DNA from: Dehalococcoidia bacterium
Lineage (GTDB): Bacteria; Chloroflexota; Dehalococcoidia; Lucifugimonadales; GCA-2712585
Assembly: GCA_965261665.1 (NCBI GenBank)
Contig: OZ253467.1
Location: 2,777,798-2,841,797 of the forward strand
Reading direction: 5' to 3'
Length of the DNA stretch: 64,000 nucleotides
Part shown: positions 1 to 9,451 of the stretch, piece after piece
Numbering within the stretch: the stretch's first letter is position 1
Layout: each line of letters opens with the position of its first letter
Notes under the pieces: generated by a model
The model's database searches: none
What the model was told of the DNA's origin: nothing
Seen by the model: the letters and a program-made list of their open reading frames with translations, nothing else
Program-made: the position numbers and the translations under genes

Positions 1-75
1 GTGGCCCTGTTGGGCCAGGACCTTGACGATGTTGCTCCCGACGAATCCCGTGCCGCCCGTTACCATCGTTGCCAT
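1..75 (-). CDS. NAD-dependent epimerase/dehydratase family protein, N-terminal fragment (runs off window)
   Basis: Reverse complement reads MATMVTGGTGFVGSNIVKVLAQQGH, a Rossmann GxxGxxG start typical of SDR epimerases. Only 25 codons are visible. Confidence 0.45.
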   Translation of the reverse strand, partial: MATMVTGGTGFVGSNIVKVLAQQGH

Positions 76-305
76 GAAATACTCCCTCCCGTCGAAGCTG
101 CCGAGAGGCATGATACCACGAACCGGAGAGGGGCTGTGGAGAAAGGGCAATCTGTTTCTTGACACTCCATACGTCGAAACATAAACTACTAATCGACTTG
201 GCGGAGGCTCTTCGAGAAGATTCAGGTGCGCTGGTTCGACTGGTGCATTGTCTTTTCGCCGGCTAGGGTCGTCGCTCCTCAACGACAAAGAACGGAAAGG
301 TGCCC

Positions 306-1340
306 ATGGACAGAAAACGCATCGTGGTAATCGGCGGCGGAACGGGCAGTCACACTGTCCTCACCGGACTGAAGAGGATGAATTGCGACCTGACCGCCGT
401 GGTTGCCATGAGCGACGACGGGGGCAGTTCCGGGCGTCTGCGGGACGAGTTGGGGCAGCTTCCTCCCGGGGACGTGCGGCAGTGCCTGGTGGCCCTGGCC
501 GACGACGACTGCGCTTCCGAGAGTCTGCGGCGGCTCTTCAACTACCGGTTCACAGCAGGCGAGGGGCTGAACGGCCACAGCTTTGGCAACCTGCTCCTTT
601 CCGCCCTGACGGACATTACCGGCAGCGCGGACGCCGCCATCCGCGAGGCGTCCCGGATGCTGCGGATAAGGGGCGTCGTCCTGCCCGTTACGCTGACGGA
701 CTCGGCGCTCAGGGCCCAGCTGGCGGACGGCAGCGTCATCGAGGGTGAATCCTGCATTGACCGGCGGTGCGGAAATTCTCATATGCCCATTTCGCGTGTT
801 TATCTGGAGCCATCAGCCAGCGCCTATCCGCCAGTTTTGGATGCCATCGCACAGGCTGACGCCGTGGTAATCGGTCCCGGGGACATCTACACCAGCATTC
901 TCCCTAACTTCCTGGTGGAGGGTGTGGCGGAAGCGGTGAGAAACTCCCCTGCGGTCAAGATTTACGTGTGCAACCTGATGACCAAGCCAGGCGAGAGCGA
1001 CGGGTTCCGCGCTTCCAACTTTCTACGTCTGTTGAGTCTTTACTTGGGCGTAGACAAGCCTGTTGACTACATGGTAGCCAACGATGCCCCTTTCCCGGAG
1101 CACGTGCGCCTCCGCTACGAGTTAAGCGGTCAGCATCCGGTATCGATCGACGTGGAGAACTGCCGGAAACTCGCTGGTGAAATCGTGAAAGTCCCCATGA
1201 CCGCCGTGGGGTTCTACGTTCGCCACAACCCCCCCACCCTGGCAGAGGCCATCATGGGTATAGTGGAATCAGGCGACCGTCAGAAGGTTGCAGTAGGGAC
1301 TCCCTCCGAGCAGGAGTTGCCCGCCTGTATCCTGTCGTAA
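306..1340 (+). CDS. yvcK: YvcK/CofD-family protein (UPF0052, gluconeogenesis-factor-like)
   Basis: N-terminus IVVIGGGTGS...AVVAMSDDGGSSGRLRDELGQLPPGDVRQCL matches the YvcK signature. ATG at 306 follows GGAAAGG; the ORF track starts at GTG 300. Confidence 0.75.
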   Translation: MDRKRIVVIGGGTGSHTVLTGLKRMNCDLTAVVAMSDDGGSSGRLRDELGQLPPGDVRQCLVALADDDCASESLRRLFNYRFTAGEGLNGHSFGNLLLSALTDITGSADAAIREASRMLRIRGVVLPVTLTDSALRAQLADGSVIEGESCIDRRCGNSHMPISRVYLEPSASAYPPVLDAIAQADAVVIGPGDIYTSILPNFLVEGVAEAVRNSPAVKIYVCNLMTKPGESDGFRASNFLRLLSLYLGVDKPVDYMVANDAPFPEHVRLRYELSGQHPVSIDVENCRKLAGEIVKVPMTAVGFYVRHNPPTLAEAIMGIVESGDRQKVAVGTPSEQELPACILS

Positions 1341-1371
1341 TGCATGTTATACTAGCCCCAGTTAGCAGGCT

Positions 1372-3216
1372 ATGTGCGGAATAATTGGATATGTTGGTTT
1401 TAGGGAGGCGTGGCCTCTAATTCAGGAAGGCTTGCAGCGGCTGGAATACCGCGGCTACGACAGCGCCGGCGTGGTGACGCTGGGGTCGGACAAGAGACCG
1501 GAATTTCACCAGGCCGTAGGGCGGGTGAAGGATCTGGTTTCTTCCCTCAACGGACGCAGTCCCCGGGGTACTCTGGGTCTCGGACATACTCGTTGGGCCA
1601 CCCACGGACGCTCCATTCTCGCCAACACACACCCCCATACGGGCTGCGATGGACGGGTTGCCCTGGTGCACAACGGCATCGTCGAGAATTTCCTTGAACT
1701 GAAAGACTCCCTCATCCTGAAGGGGCATACCTTTACCTCCGAGACGGACAGCGAGGTGCTGGCCCATCTGATAGAGGAGGGGTTGAACGCAGGGCAAGAC
1801 TTCGACACCGCCTTCTCCCGAATGGCCAAACGGATACGGGGGTCCAACGTGGTGGCGGCTATCTGGCAGGAAGAGCCCCATAGAATTCTGGGGATGCGGT
1901 CGGGGAACGCCGGGGGCATCTCCATCGCTCACCGGGACGGCGAGACGATTTTGGCCAGCGATCTGGGCGCTTTGGCTCCCTTCGCCAAGGAAGTTCACTA
2001 CCTTGAGGATGGGGAGATAGTCTCGGCCACTCCCGACGGCGCGACATACTTTGACTTTCGTGGCCGAGGGGTGACCAAGAGGCTTCATCCGATGCCTGAG
2101 AACTGGTTTTCCGTGAGCAAAGACGGCTATCGTCACTTCATGCTCAAGGAGATCATGGAGCAGCCCGTGTCATTGGGCAGCGCTTTTCAGGGGCGCGTGG
2201 ACCTGCAGTGCGGAAAGGTGGTCTTGGAGGATTTCCCCCTGACGCCAAAAGAGATCGCCAACCTCCGGAGGGTGGTGATTCTGGGCAGCGGCACGAGCCA
2301 CTATGCTTCTATGGTGGGGCGGCACCTGGTAGAGCGTCTCACGGGTCTTCCCGCCGATGCGGAAAGTTCCTCCGAGTTTCGGTATCGGGAGCCGGTTCTG
2401 GACCGGCATACTTTGGTGGTTTCCGTGGGGCAGTCCGGGGAAACGGCGGATACCCTTTCGGCCATGGAAGAGGCGAAAGAGCGGGGCGCACGGCTGTTGA
2501 CCATCTGCAACGTGGAGGGCAGCCAGGCGTCGCGAATGGCGGAAGGGACGTTGGCCATGCGAGCCGGGCCGGAAATCGGCGTGGCCAGCACCAAGACCTT
2601 TGTGGCTTCCATGGGGCTTTTGGCCCTGCTTTCGTTGTATATCAGTCAGGCAAACGGATTTATCACGGAACGAACCCGACGAGACCTGCTCAATCAGTTG
2701 AACTGCCTGCCCAACCTCATCGGCGCAACCATCGCCGACCACGCCCCGTATAAGACCCTTGCCCGCTGGCTGAGCCAGTACAACCACGTTCTGTACCTGG
2801 GCCGGGGGATTAACCACCCAATCGCCCTGGAGGGCGCCCTGAAGCTCAAAGAGGTGAGCTACATCCACGCCGAGGGATATGCCGCTGGGGAGTTGAAGCA
2901 CGGGCCTATCGCCCTCATCGACCAGCGGATGCCGACGGTGGCATTGGCGCCGCCTTCCGCCCTCTACGACAAGATGCTCAACAGCATCAAGGAGGTGAAG
3001 GCCAGGGACGGTCTGGTTGTGGCCGTGGGCGACGGGGAGGACCGGCGTCTCCGCTCTCAGGTGGACCACCTGCTTCACGTGCCGAAGGTCCACGAATTGC
3101 TGACTCCGTTCGTCACCGTGGCGCCCTTGCAGCTTCTGGCCTACTACGTGGCCGTGGAGCGCGGATGCGACGTAGACCAGCCGCGAAATTTGGCCAAGTC
3201 CGTCACCGTCGAGTAG
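1372..3216 (+). CDS. glmS: glutamine--fructose-6-phosphate aminotransferase
   Basis: 614 aa starting MCGIIGY (catalytic Cys after Met), two SIS isomerase halves, canonical C-terminus NLAKSVTVE. Confidence 0.97.
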   Translation: MCGIIGYVGFREAWPLIQEGLQRLEYRGYDSAGVVTLGSDKRPEFHQAVGRVKDLVSSLNGRSPRGTLGLGHTRWATHGRSILANTHPHTGCDGRVALVHNGIVENFLELKDSLILKGHTFTSETDSEVLAHLIEEGLNAGQDFDTAFSRMAKRIRGSNVVAAIWQEEPHRILGMRSGNAGGISIAHRDGETILASDLGALAPFAKEVHYLEDGEIVSATPDGATYFDFRGRGVTKRLHPMPENWFSVSKDGYRHFMLKEIMEQPVSLGSAFQGRVDLQCGKVVLEDFPLTPKEIANLRRVVILGSGTSHYASMVGRHLVERLTGLPADAESSSEFRYREPVLDRHTLVVSVGQSGETADTLSAMEEAKERGARLLTICNVEGSQASRMAEGTLAMRAGPEIGVASTKTFVASMGLLALLSLYISQANGFITERTRRDLLNQLNCLPNLIGATIADHAPYKTLARWLSQYNHVLYLGRGINHPIALEGALKLKEVSYIHAEGYAAGELKHGPIALIDQRMPTVALAPPSALYDKMLNSIKEVKARDGLVVAVGDGEDRRLRSQVDHLLHVPKVHELLTPFVTVAPLQLLAYYVAVERGCDVDQPRNLAKSVTVE

Positions 3217-3249
3217 GCGTGAATTCCGCTAAGGACGGCGACTAGAGTC

Positions 3250-3969
3250 ATGCTAGAGGGACTGCCAAATATATCCGTCATCGTTCCTACCTACAATGAG
3301 GTGGACAACGTAGAAGACCTGATAGAGGGCTTGCGCTCTGTGCTGGAGGGCACGGATTTTCAGATAGTGGTGGTGGACGACAACAGCCCTGACGGTACCT
3401 ACTACGCTGTGAAGCAGATTGCCGAGCGGGATTCGCACATAACGCCCATCCTTCGGCCGGGCAAGCTGGGTCTGGCCAGCGCCGTTCTTCACGGTTTCAG
3501 GGCGTCCGACGGTAAGCTCGTGGTGATGATGGACTCGGACCTTTCGCACCGCCCGCAGGACCTCCCTGAACTGCTGGAAGCGGCCAGGGAGTCGGACATC
3601 GTGATAGGCTCACGGTACGTAGATGGCGGCTCTATATTTGGAATGACGCCCTACCGGAAACTAGCCAGCCGGGTTTCCATCAGCATATCCCGGATGATGC
3701 TTGGGCTTCGCTATCAGGACACTACGTCCGGGTTTGCCGTCTTCCGACGGGGCATACTCGACCACGCGGCGCCCAAGTTGGAACCTAACGGATTCAAGCT
3801 GCTGCTTGAGGTGCTGGTGAAGTGTCCCGAGGCGCAGGTGGCGGAAGTCCCAATCACCTTTGTAAATCGTAGGCGGGGGCGTTCCAAATTCGGCGCGGGA
3901 GAAGTGTTTAAGTTTCTCCGGCTGTGCTATGACCTACGTCGACATCAGGGAAGGGCTAATCAGGACTAG
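3250..3969 (+). CDS. GT2 polyprenol/dolichol-phosphate mannosyltransferase-like glycosyltransferase
   Basis: ISVIVPTYNEVDN...VVVDDNSPDGT...MDSDLSH motifs typical of Dpm1/Ppm1-type GT2 enzymes. Confidence 0.8.
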   Translation: MLEGLPNISVIVPTYNEVDNVEDLIEGLRSVLEGTDFQIVVVDDNSPDGTYYAVKQIAERDSHITPILRPGKLGLASAVLHGFRASDGKLVVMMDSDLSHRPQDLPELLEAARESDIVIGSRYVDGGSIFGMTPYRKLASRVSISISRMMLGLRYQDTTSGFAVFRRGILDHAAPKLEPNGFKLLLEVLVKCPEAQVAEVPITFVNRRRGRSKFGAGEVFKFLRLCYDLRRHQGRANQD

Positions 3970-3978
3970 CTCCCGGCC

Positions 3979-4191
3979 CTAGGCTCCTTTGCTGTCGAGC
4001 CAGTGAAGAACGCGCGAGGAAAGTGGTCGTATTAGGCGGGCGCCCAAGGCAATGATAGCCACACCTGACACCACCACCGGCGGCCCACCGACGTGAGAAC
4101 CAAGTATGGCCACGGCGGTGCCGAGTAGCACTATCAGTATTGATAGGAGGGCACGTCTGAGCACGGCTATGTTATTTGGACTGCTACTCAT
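3979..4191 (-). CDS. small hydrophobic protein (2 predicted TM helices), function unknown
   Basis: 70-aa ORF with two hydrophobic stretches. No obvious RBS, so coding status is uncertain. Confidence 0.35.
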   Translation of the reverse strand: MSSSPNNIAVLRRALLSILIVLLGTAVAILGSHVGGPPVVVSGVAIIALGARLIRPLSSRVLHWLDSKGA

Positions 4192-4426
4192 ATTGTCATG
4201 TCAAGCGAAGACCGGGACGCCCACTTCGAGATCCTCAGTCGGGGTTCCAATGGTGATGGGGATAGGGTATCCAACCCTCGTATAGCCGTCAATACGGCGG
4301 GTGTTGAGGGCCTATTGGTGGTAAACTATCAAGCCGCAGCTATGAGTAGAAGGGAATGCAAGAGAGCCGCGCCTGCCTGTGACCACAGCTACGCCCTGAA
4401 TAGAAGGCAGGGGTGGCTAGTATCCC

Positions 4427-4909
4427 ATGATTGATGCCCTGGCTGTAGTTGGCATGGCCGCCGTACCAGTGGGGGAGCTCCGGTTCGCCGTTCCCTGGGC
4501 CATGATTCACTTTGGTTTTCCCTGGTATCAGGCCTTCGTCCTAGCCCTAATCGGCAACCTGATTCCAGTCCTGATACTACCAGGACTGCTTCAACGGCTG
4601 GGGCATTTGCTTCTGAAAGCGCCCAAGCCCCTTGGAAGCGTCGTACAGTGGCGCATCGAGAGGCTCAAGGGCGGAGCTGGGACCTGGGTTGCAAGATACG
4701 GACGATGGGCGCTGGTCCCATTCGTGGCGACGCCGCTGCCCTTCACAGGCGCCTGGACGGGCTGCTTGCTGGCGTGGGCGATGGACGTTCACCCCAGGAA
4801 GTCTATGCCGATGTTGGCCCTGGGCGTTCTGATAGCGGCGATTTTGGTGACGACGCTAACGGGGTTGGGAGTTTCGATAAGCGTGTTCCTGGCTGACCAG
4901 CCGGAATAG
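4427..4909 (+). CDS. small multidrug-export-like integral membrane protein (COG2426-like)
   Basis: 160 aa, multi-TM. N-terminal GELRFAVPWAM...FPWYQAFVLALIGNLIPV resembles the Sm_multidrug_ex family. Confidence 0.6.
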   Translation: MIDALAVVGMAAVPVGELRFAVPWAMIHFGFPWYQAFVLALIGNLIPVLILPGLLQRLGHLLLKAPKPLGSVVQWRIERLKGGAGTWVARYGRWALVPFVATPLPFTGAWTGCLLAWAMDVHPRKSMPMLALGVLIAAILVTTLTGLGVSISVFLADQPE

Positions 4910-4941
4910 GGAAAGAAATAAAAAGGGAGGTTGTACAGAAT

Positions 4942-5136
4942 ATGTACGATAATTCGGGAAGTAACTTGGCTACTCTCATCAAGCGGCATAGGCTTTCTGC
5001 CGTTGCCAACGGGGCACTTGTAGGAATGGGAGTCTTCTTTGTGGTCTATGGCGGGTTGATAGGAGTTGTGGGAATCGTGGCCGGGGTGGGGCTGGAGCTT
5101 TGGCAGCGTAGCCGGGTTTCCAAGGAGTTGGGCTAG
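4942..5136 (+). CDS. small membrane protein, unknown function
   Basis: 64-aa ORF preceded by a GGGAGG RBS, with a Gly/Val-rich TM segment. Confidence 0.45.
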   Translation: MYDNSGSNLATLIKRHRLSAVANGALVGMGVFFVVYGGLIGVVGIVAGVGLELWQRSRVSKELG

Positions 5137-5451
5137 GCGAAACGCCCACGGCGCGGCTTTGCCCGCGTCTACTATTTCAACGTTCGGTCCATGACAGGAA
5201 TTTGGCAGGAGCCCGTCCTGTTGGTCGTTTAGGACGTATAGCGAGGATTTTCACTACTAGGAATCGGTTCGCAAACGCGCTGACTGTAACGAAGGGGGGT
5301 CGAATTGCGGACGTGGTCGCCTGTGAAGGGATGTCCCTGAGGGGTCGGGAGGGTAGGGGATGGGTCCCCGCATCCGCGAGGACAACGGAGATTGGGGACG
5401 GGCGGTTCGCGAACCGCTCCTACGGGAGGAGAGGGATGGGTCCCCGCATCC

Positions 5452-5574
5452 GGAGACCTTTGCATAACTATCGAATCGCATTCAGATGGCGGTGTAGTAC
5501 GACTCTTGACATAGCTAAATCATGGGATTCTGGATTCCGGCTTTCGCCGGAATGACGGTTATGCAAAGGTCTCC
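5452..5574. mobile_element. MITE-like non-autonomous insertion (123 bp) with perfect 17-bp terminal inverted repeats and 4-bp flanking duplication
   Basis: TIRs are GGAGACCTTTGCATAAC (5452-5468) and GTTATGCAAAGGTCTCC (5558-5574). ATCC flanks both ends (5448-5451, 5575-5578). In-silico excision restores a sequence about 90 percent identical to the neighbouring motif copy at 5357-5390. Confidence 0.5.
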
Positions 5575-5618
5575 ATCCGCGGGAACAGCGGAGGGGGAGG
5601 GGGATGAGGTAGGGTGTC

Positions 5619-8465
5619 TTACTGGCCTGAGGCCCGTTGTAGGATAGCCTCTATCTCATCTAGCTGATGGCCCAAGCCTTCCAGTGCCCGCCGCAGTTCA
5701 TCGATTTCATCCGGCGTAAGCGTCACGTCATCTGTGGGCGTGGTGAAGCTGGACGACGAGGACGGCCCACGCGTCGGCCTTGGCGACACCGGTTGTGGGA
5801 AAATCATGCCGGCGTCTTCCGCTACGGCAGGCGCAACGGCGGGAATCTCTCCTTTGAGAGCCCGCACTGCGTCAGCCAGAGTAGGCTGCATAACCACCCG
5901 ACTGCCGTCGGCCAAAATTATGCGGCGGAGTTCTGGGAATTCAAGCGCCTCCGGTTTCAGGAAGATGGGTTCGGCGTACAGGATTGAATCACCCACGGGA
6001 ATGACCAGCATGTTGCCGCGCTGTACTTCAGAACCCACTTGACCCCACAGGGTGAACTGCTGAGAAATGGCGGCGTCGTTGTCGATGCGGGCCTCAATCT
6101 GGTTGGGGCCGAGGATGCTCTTGCCTTCGGGGAAGCTGTACAGCACCATCTCGCCGTAGTTGGGAGCGTCGTTACGGACTGCCATCCACGCTTTCAGGGG
6201 GTCGCGCCTGTCGGGAGTGAAGGGCTGAATGAGCAGGAACTCTTCTTTCTCTTCGCCGGGCAGCCTGGCCAGGATGTAGTAGGGGTCCAGGGATGCCTCA
6301 CGCCCGAAGGCGCTCTGGACGGGTATGGACCACTGGTCGCCCTTCTGGAAGAAGGTCTCCGGGTTGGTCATGTGGTATTGGAGCAGCATGCGAGTCTGGA
6401 CGGTGAACATGTCCCGCGGGTAGCGGACGTGGTCCTTCAGATAGTCGGGCAGCTCTTCCATGTTCTTGAACAGGGAAGGGAAGATCTTCATGTAGCTTCG
6501 GATTAGTGGGTCGTCCGGGTCGGAGACGTAGTAGTCGATGGTGCCGTTGTAGGTGTCCGCCACCGCCTTGACACTGTTGCGTATATAGTTGAAGCCGGTG
6601 CCCTCCCAAGGGGTGGAGTAGGGGTACTGGGGCGTTGTGGTGTAGCCGTCCTGTATGAAGAAGATGCGCCCGTCCGCCACCACCTGGTAGGGGTCGCTGT
6701 CCGGCGTGAGGAAGGGTGTGATTGTGGCGAAGCGCTCCGGCACTGTTCGGCGGTACTGGATTCGGCTCTTGGAGTTATCGACCTGACCGGAGATGAAGAT
6801 GTTGATGTCGCGGAACTGCCAGGCGTAGGCGGCCCTGCGGACGATATTGCTCAGGCCGACGCCGCCGGTTCCGGCGTACTCGCGGAAAACCGGCTCGGCG
6901 CCTTCGCCCTGGTAGTCCAACTCCGGCTGAGTTGAACGGACTATGACGAAGGGGAGGCTCTTCAGGCCGTAGTAAACGCCCGCTTCAGTGAGGGCCAACT
7001 CCTCGTAACCCTCGGCGGGAGAGGCGGGAACGTCCTTGAGCAGCATCCGGGGCTGACCGTTGGCGTTGACCTCGTTGACGCCGCTGACAGCTACGCCGTG
7101 GCCGTGGGTATAGACCAGGTGACGGTTCACCCAGTTCTGGGCTTCCTCCGGGAGCTTCTCCGAGGAGATCTCCCTGCTGGACAGCATCACCTGCTGGACT
7201 TCGCCGTTCAGCAGGTAGCGGTCGACGCCCACGCTTGCGAAATCGTAGAAGAATTGGACGAACTCCACCTGGTTGTAGATTTCCCCAAGGGGGCGTTCGT
7301 CCCACAGCCGGATGTTTTCGATGGTGCCCAGGTTTTCTTCGATGGCTTCAGGGGTGATAGTGTCCAGGCCAAGATGGTTCCGCTCCGTCTGATGGTCTAT
7401 TCCGAAGGCTTGACGGGTGAAGGTAATGTTGTTGCCCAGATATCTCTCTTCCTTGGCGAACTCGTTGGGTTCTACCTGGAAGCGCTGCACCACGTTGGGG
7501 AAGACGCCGCCCACGAGAATGGCCATGCCCAGCCAGAGGCCGATGGCGCTAATTATCATGCGGTATCCGGGGCGGAAGGCGCCGGCAATCATAAGGCCGC
7601 CGCTGACCAGGGCTATGATGGTCAGGATGGTGCGGACGGTAATGCGGGCGTTATCGTCGGTGAAGCCCACGCCAAAGACGGCGCCGGCGTCGGAGTAGAG
7701 AAGTTCCCACCGGCCAATCCAGTGGCCGGCGGCGATGATAATGAACAGGGCGGCTCCGATGGCCGCCACGTGGATTTTTACGTTGCTGGGAATGGTGACG
7801 TTGCGCTCCCTGAGCCCGAAGAGGACCAGGTAAAGGCCCAGCACGATGATCAGGATGACTACGGCAGCGCCGAGGAACCATCCGCGGATGAAGCCGAGGA
7901 AGGGGAGGGTAAATACGTAGAAGTCCACGCCCTTGTTGAAGATGGGCTCCGCCAGGGGAGATACGGCGCCGGTGGCTTCGTCCACCTGGGTGAATGGGCT
8001 GGAATTCAGGTACTTGAGCACCGTTTCCCATCGACCCGCAGCTGCCGCACCGACGGCGGCGGCCGCAACGATGGCTGCAACGGAAGCGGCCAGAGCCAGC
8101 ACGCGTCGTATGGCATCGTAAGCCGCCCGGGTGAGGGTGGTAGGCGTGTCGCTTCGAGTGAGGCGGAATACCAGATATATGTTGGGAACTAGAAGGACAG
8201 TGAAGATGGCGGCGCTGGCAAAGAACAGCCAAATCCGCGTGATCAGTATTTTGCCGAAGACGCTTACGTAGCCAAGGCTGTCGAACCAGAGCCAGTCGGT
8301 GTAGACGCTCTTGCCCCAGGAAAGCCCGATTATGAGGAAAAGGACGAAGGTTCCGGCGGCCACCCATCGAACGGAGCGGCTGCTCCACATGGGAAGGTTA
8401 AGGTCGCCCACGTCTATGGGGCCGCGTCGACCAGCGTTGCCGTTATCTCCGTATTGGTTGCTCAT
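5619..8465 (-). CDS. UPF0182 family large membrane protein
   Basis: 948 aa with an N-terminal multi-TM region plus a large soluble part. Motifs such as HVRYPRDMFTVQTRMLLQYHMTNPETFF and LVIPVGDSILYAEPIFL are typical of UPF0182/COG1615. Confidence 0.85.
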   Translation of the reverse strand: MSNQYGDNGNAGRRGPIDVGDLNLPMWSSRSVRWVAAGTFVLFLIIGLSWGKSVYTDWLWFDSLGYVSVFGKILITRIWLFFASAAIFTVLLVPNIYLVFRLTRSDTPTTLTRAAYDAIRRVLALAASVAAIVAAAAVGAAAAGRWETVLKYLNSSPFTQVDEATGAVSPLAEPIFNKGVDFYVFTLPFLGFIRGWFLGAAVVILIIVLGLYLVLFGLRERNVTIPSNVKIHVAAIGAALFIIIAAGHWIGRWELLYSDAGAVFGVGFTDDNARITVRTILTIIALVSGGLMIAGAFRPGYRMIISAIGLWLGMAILVGGVFPNVVQRFQVEPNEFAKEERYLGNNITFTRQAFGIDHQTERNHLGLDTITPEAIEENLGTIENIRLWDERPLGEIYNQVEFVQFFYDFASVGVDRYLLNGEVQQVMLSSREISSEKLPEEAQNWVNRHLVYTHGHGVAVSGVNEVNANGQPRMLLKDVPASPAEGYEELALTEAGVYYGLKSLPFVIVRSTQPELDYQGEGAEPVFREYAGTGGVGLSNIVRRAAYAWQFRDINIFISGQVDNSKSRIQYRRTVPERFATITPFLTPDSDPYQVVADGRIFFIQDGYTTTPQYPYSTPWEGTGFNYIRNSVKAVADTYNGTIDYYVSDPDDPLIRSYMKIFPSLFKNMEELPDYLKDHVRYPRDMFTVQTRMLLQYHMTNPETFFQKGDQWSIPVQSAFGREASLDPYYILARLPGEEKEEFLLIQPFTPDRRDPLKAWMAVRNDAPNYGEMVLYSFPEGKSILGPNQIEARIDNDAAISQQFTLWGQVGSEVQRGNMLVIPVGDSILYAEPIFLKPEALEFPELRRIILADGSRVVMQPTLADAVRALKGEIPAVAPAVAEDAGMIFPQPVSPRPTRGPSSSSSFTTPTDDVTLTPDEIDELRRALEGLGHQLDEIEAILQRASGQ

Positions 8466-8594
8466 TCATCCTTTCGGGTATGGGCGCTTTGGCTACAAAG
8501 CAGCCCGCTGTGGTGGTGCATTGTAAATTGCCCTTGGATGGGAGTCAATGGCTAGGGCGGGGGATATTGGGGATGACATGGGTCGATGCTAGTG

Positions 8595-9398
8595 TTAAAC
8601 CCACATATCTGCAACGTCGATGGCGCGCATGAAGGCGACGTTGGGGAAGCTGCGGATGTAGTTTATGAGCTTCTCCAGCATCAGGAGCCGCCCTGGCCGG
8701 CCGATGACGTGGGGGTGCATGGTCAGGTGAAAGGAGCGACCGTAACGGTAGAGGCCTTCGAATTCCGCCTTCCAGCTTAGAAGTACCTCGTCAGGACTCT
8801 TCATCGGTCCCGTTCTGCCCATGGCGGGGGAATAAGAGAAATGGGGCGCGTCGTCCAACAGCCAGTGGATGGGCAGCTCCACCAGTGGGCCTTTGGCCGT
8901 GTCTACCAGGTAGGGCGCGTCGTCCCCCATCAGGCTGGTGTCGTAGCGAAAATCTAGGGAGGCAAGATAGTTGAGGGAATGCTGGCTTAGCTCCCAAGCG
9001 GGGGAGCGGTAGCCCAGGGGCCGGGATCCCGTGGTCTGCTCCAGAATGCCGATGCCCTTCTTCAAAACCTGCCATTCCTGCTCTGGGGAGAGGGTGGCGG
9101 GCGGCTCGTGCATATAGCCGTGGTGCCCCACCTCGTGTCCCCTCCGCACGACGTCGGCCATCAGGTTGGCGTTGTTCTCCGCAATGAATCCTGGGACGAA
9201 GAAAGTGCTCTTGATTTCGTAGTCGTCCAGCAGGTCGAGGATTCTGGGCATGGCGACCTTCGGGCCGTACTCACCCATTGATAGGGCGGTGGGCATGTTG
9301 ACGGCCTCTGGGTTGCGGTTGATGGTCCCGCTAGCGCCGTCGACGTCAAAGGTTAGGAGCGCCACGCATTGGATGTCGCCGGGCCAGATTCCAGCCAT
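8595..9398 (-). CDS. polysaccharide deacetylase (NodB-homology) family protein
   Basis: LTFDVDG...TFFVPG...GHEVGHHGYMHE motif series of the CE4/NodB fold. Confidence 0.8.
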   Translation of the reverse strand: MAGIWPGDIQCVALLTFDVDGASGTINRNPEAVNMPTALSMGEYGPKVAMPRILDLLDDYEIKSTFFVPGFIAENNANLMADVVRRGHEVGHHGYMHEPPATLSPEQEWQVLKKGIGILEQTTGSRPLGYRSPAWELSQHSLNYLASLDFRYDTSLMGDDAPYLVDTAKGPLVELPIHWLLDDAPHFSYSPAMGRTGPMKSPDEVLLSWKAEFEGLYRYGRSFHLTMHPHVIGRPGRLLMLEKLINYIRSFPNVAFMRAIDVADMWV

Positions 9399-9451
9399 TT
9401 CCCCCCCCTTTTGTGGGCCTAGTTACGTTATGTTAATCGACGGAGGTTTCT

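Noticed and set aside
1341-1371. glmS ribozyme upstream of glmS.
   Set aside because: Only 31 nt separate the preceding stop codon from the glmS start, which leaves no room for the ribozyme.
5202-5555. 117-aa ORF and antisense ORFs across the 5.1-5.6 kb convergent intergenic region.
   Set aside because: They span the duplicated GC-rich motif and the MITE-like insertion, have no RBS, and show no recognisable protein features.
7098-8192. Long antisense shadow ORFs inside confident genes: 7098-8192, 16481-17797, 18407-19348, 33263-34051, 37742-38632 and 38824-39594, among others.
   Set aside because: These are typical high-GC opposite-strand open frames. Each fully overlaps a gene with clear family motifs and has low-complexity Arg/Gly/Pro-rich translations.
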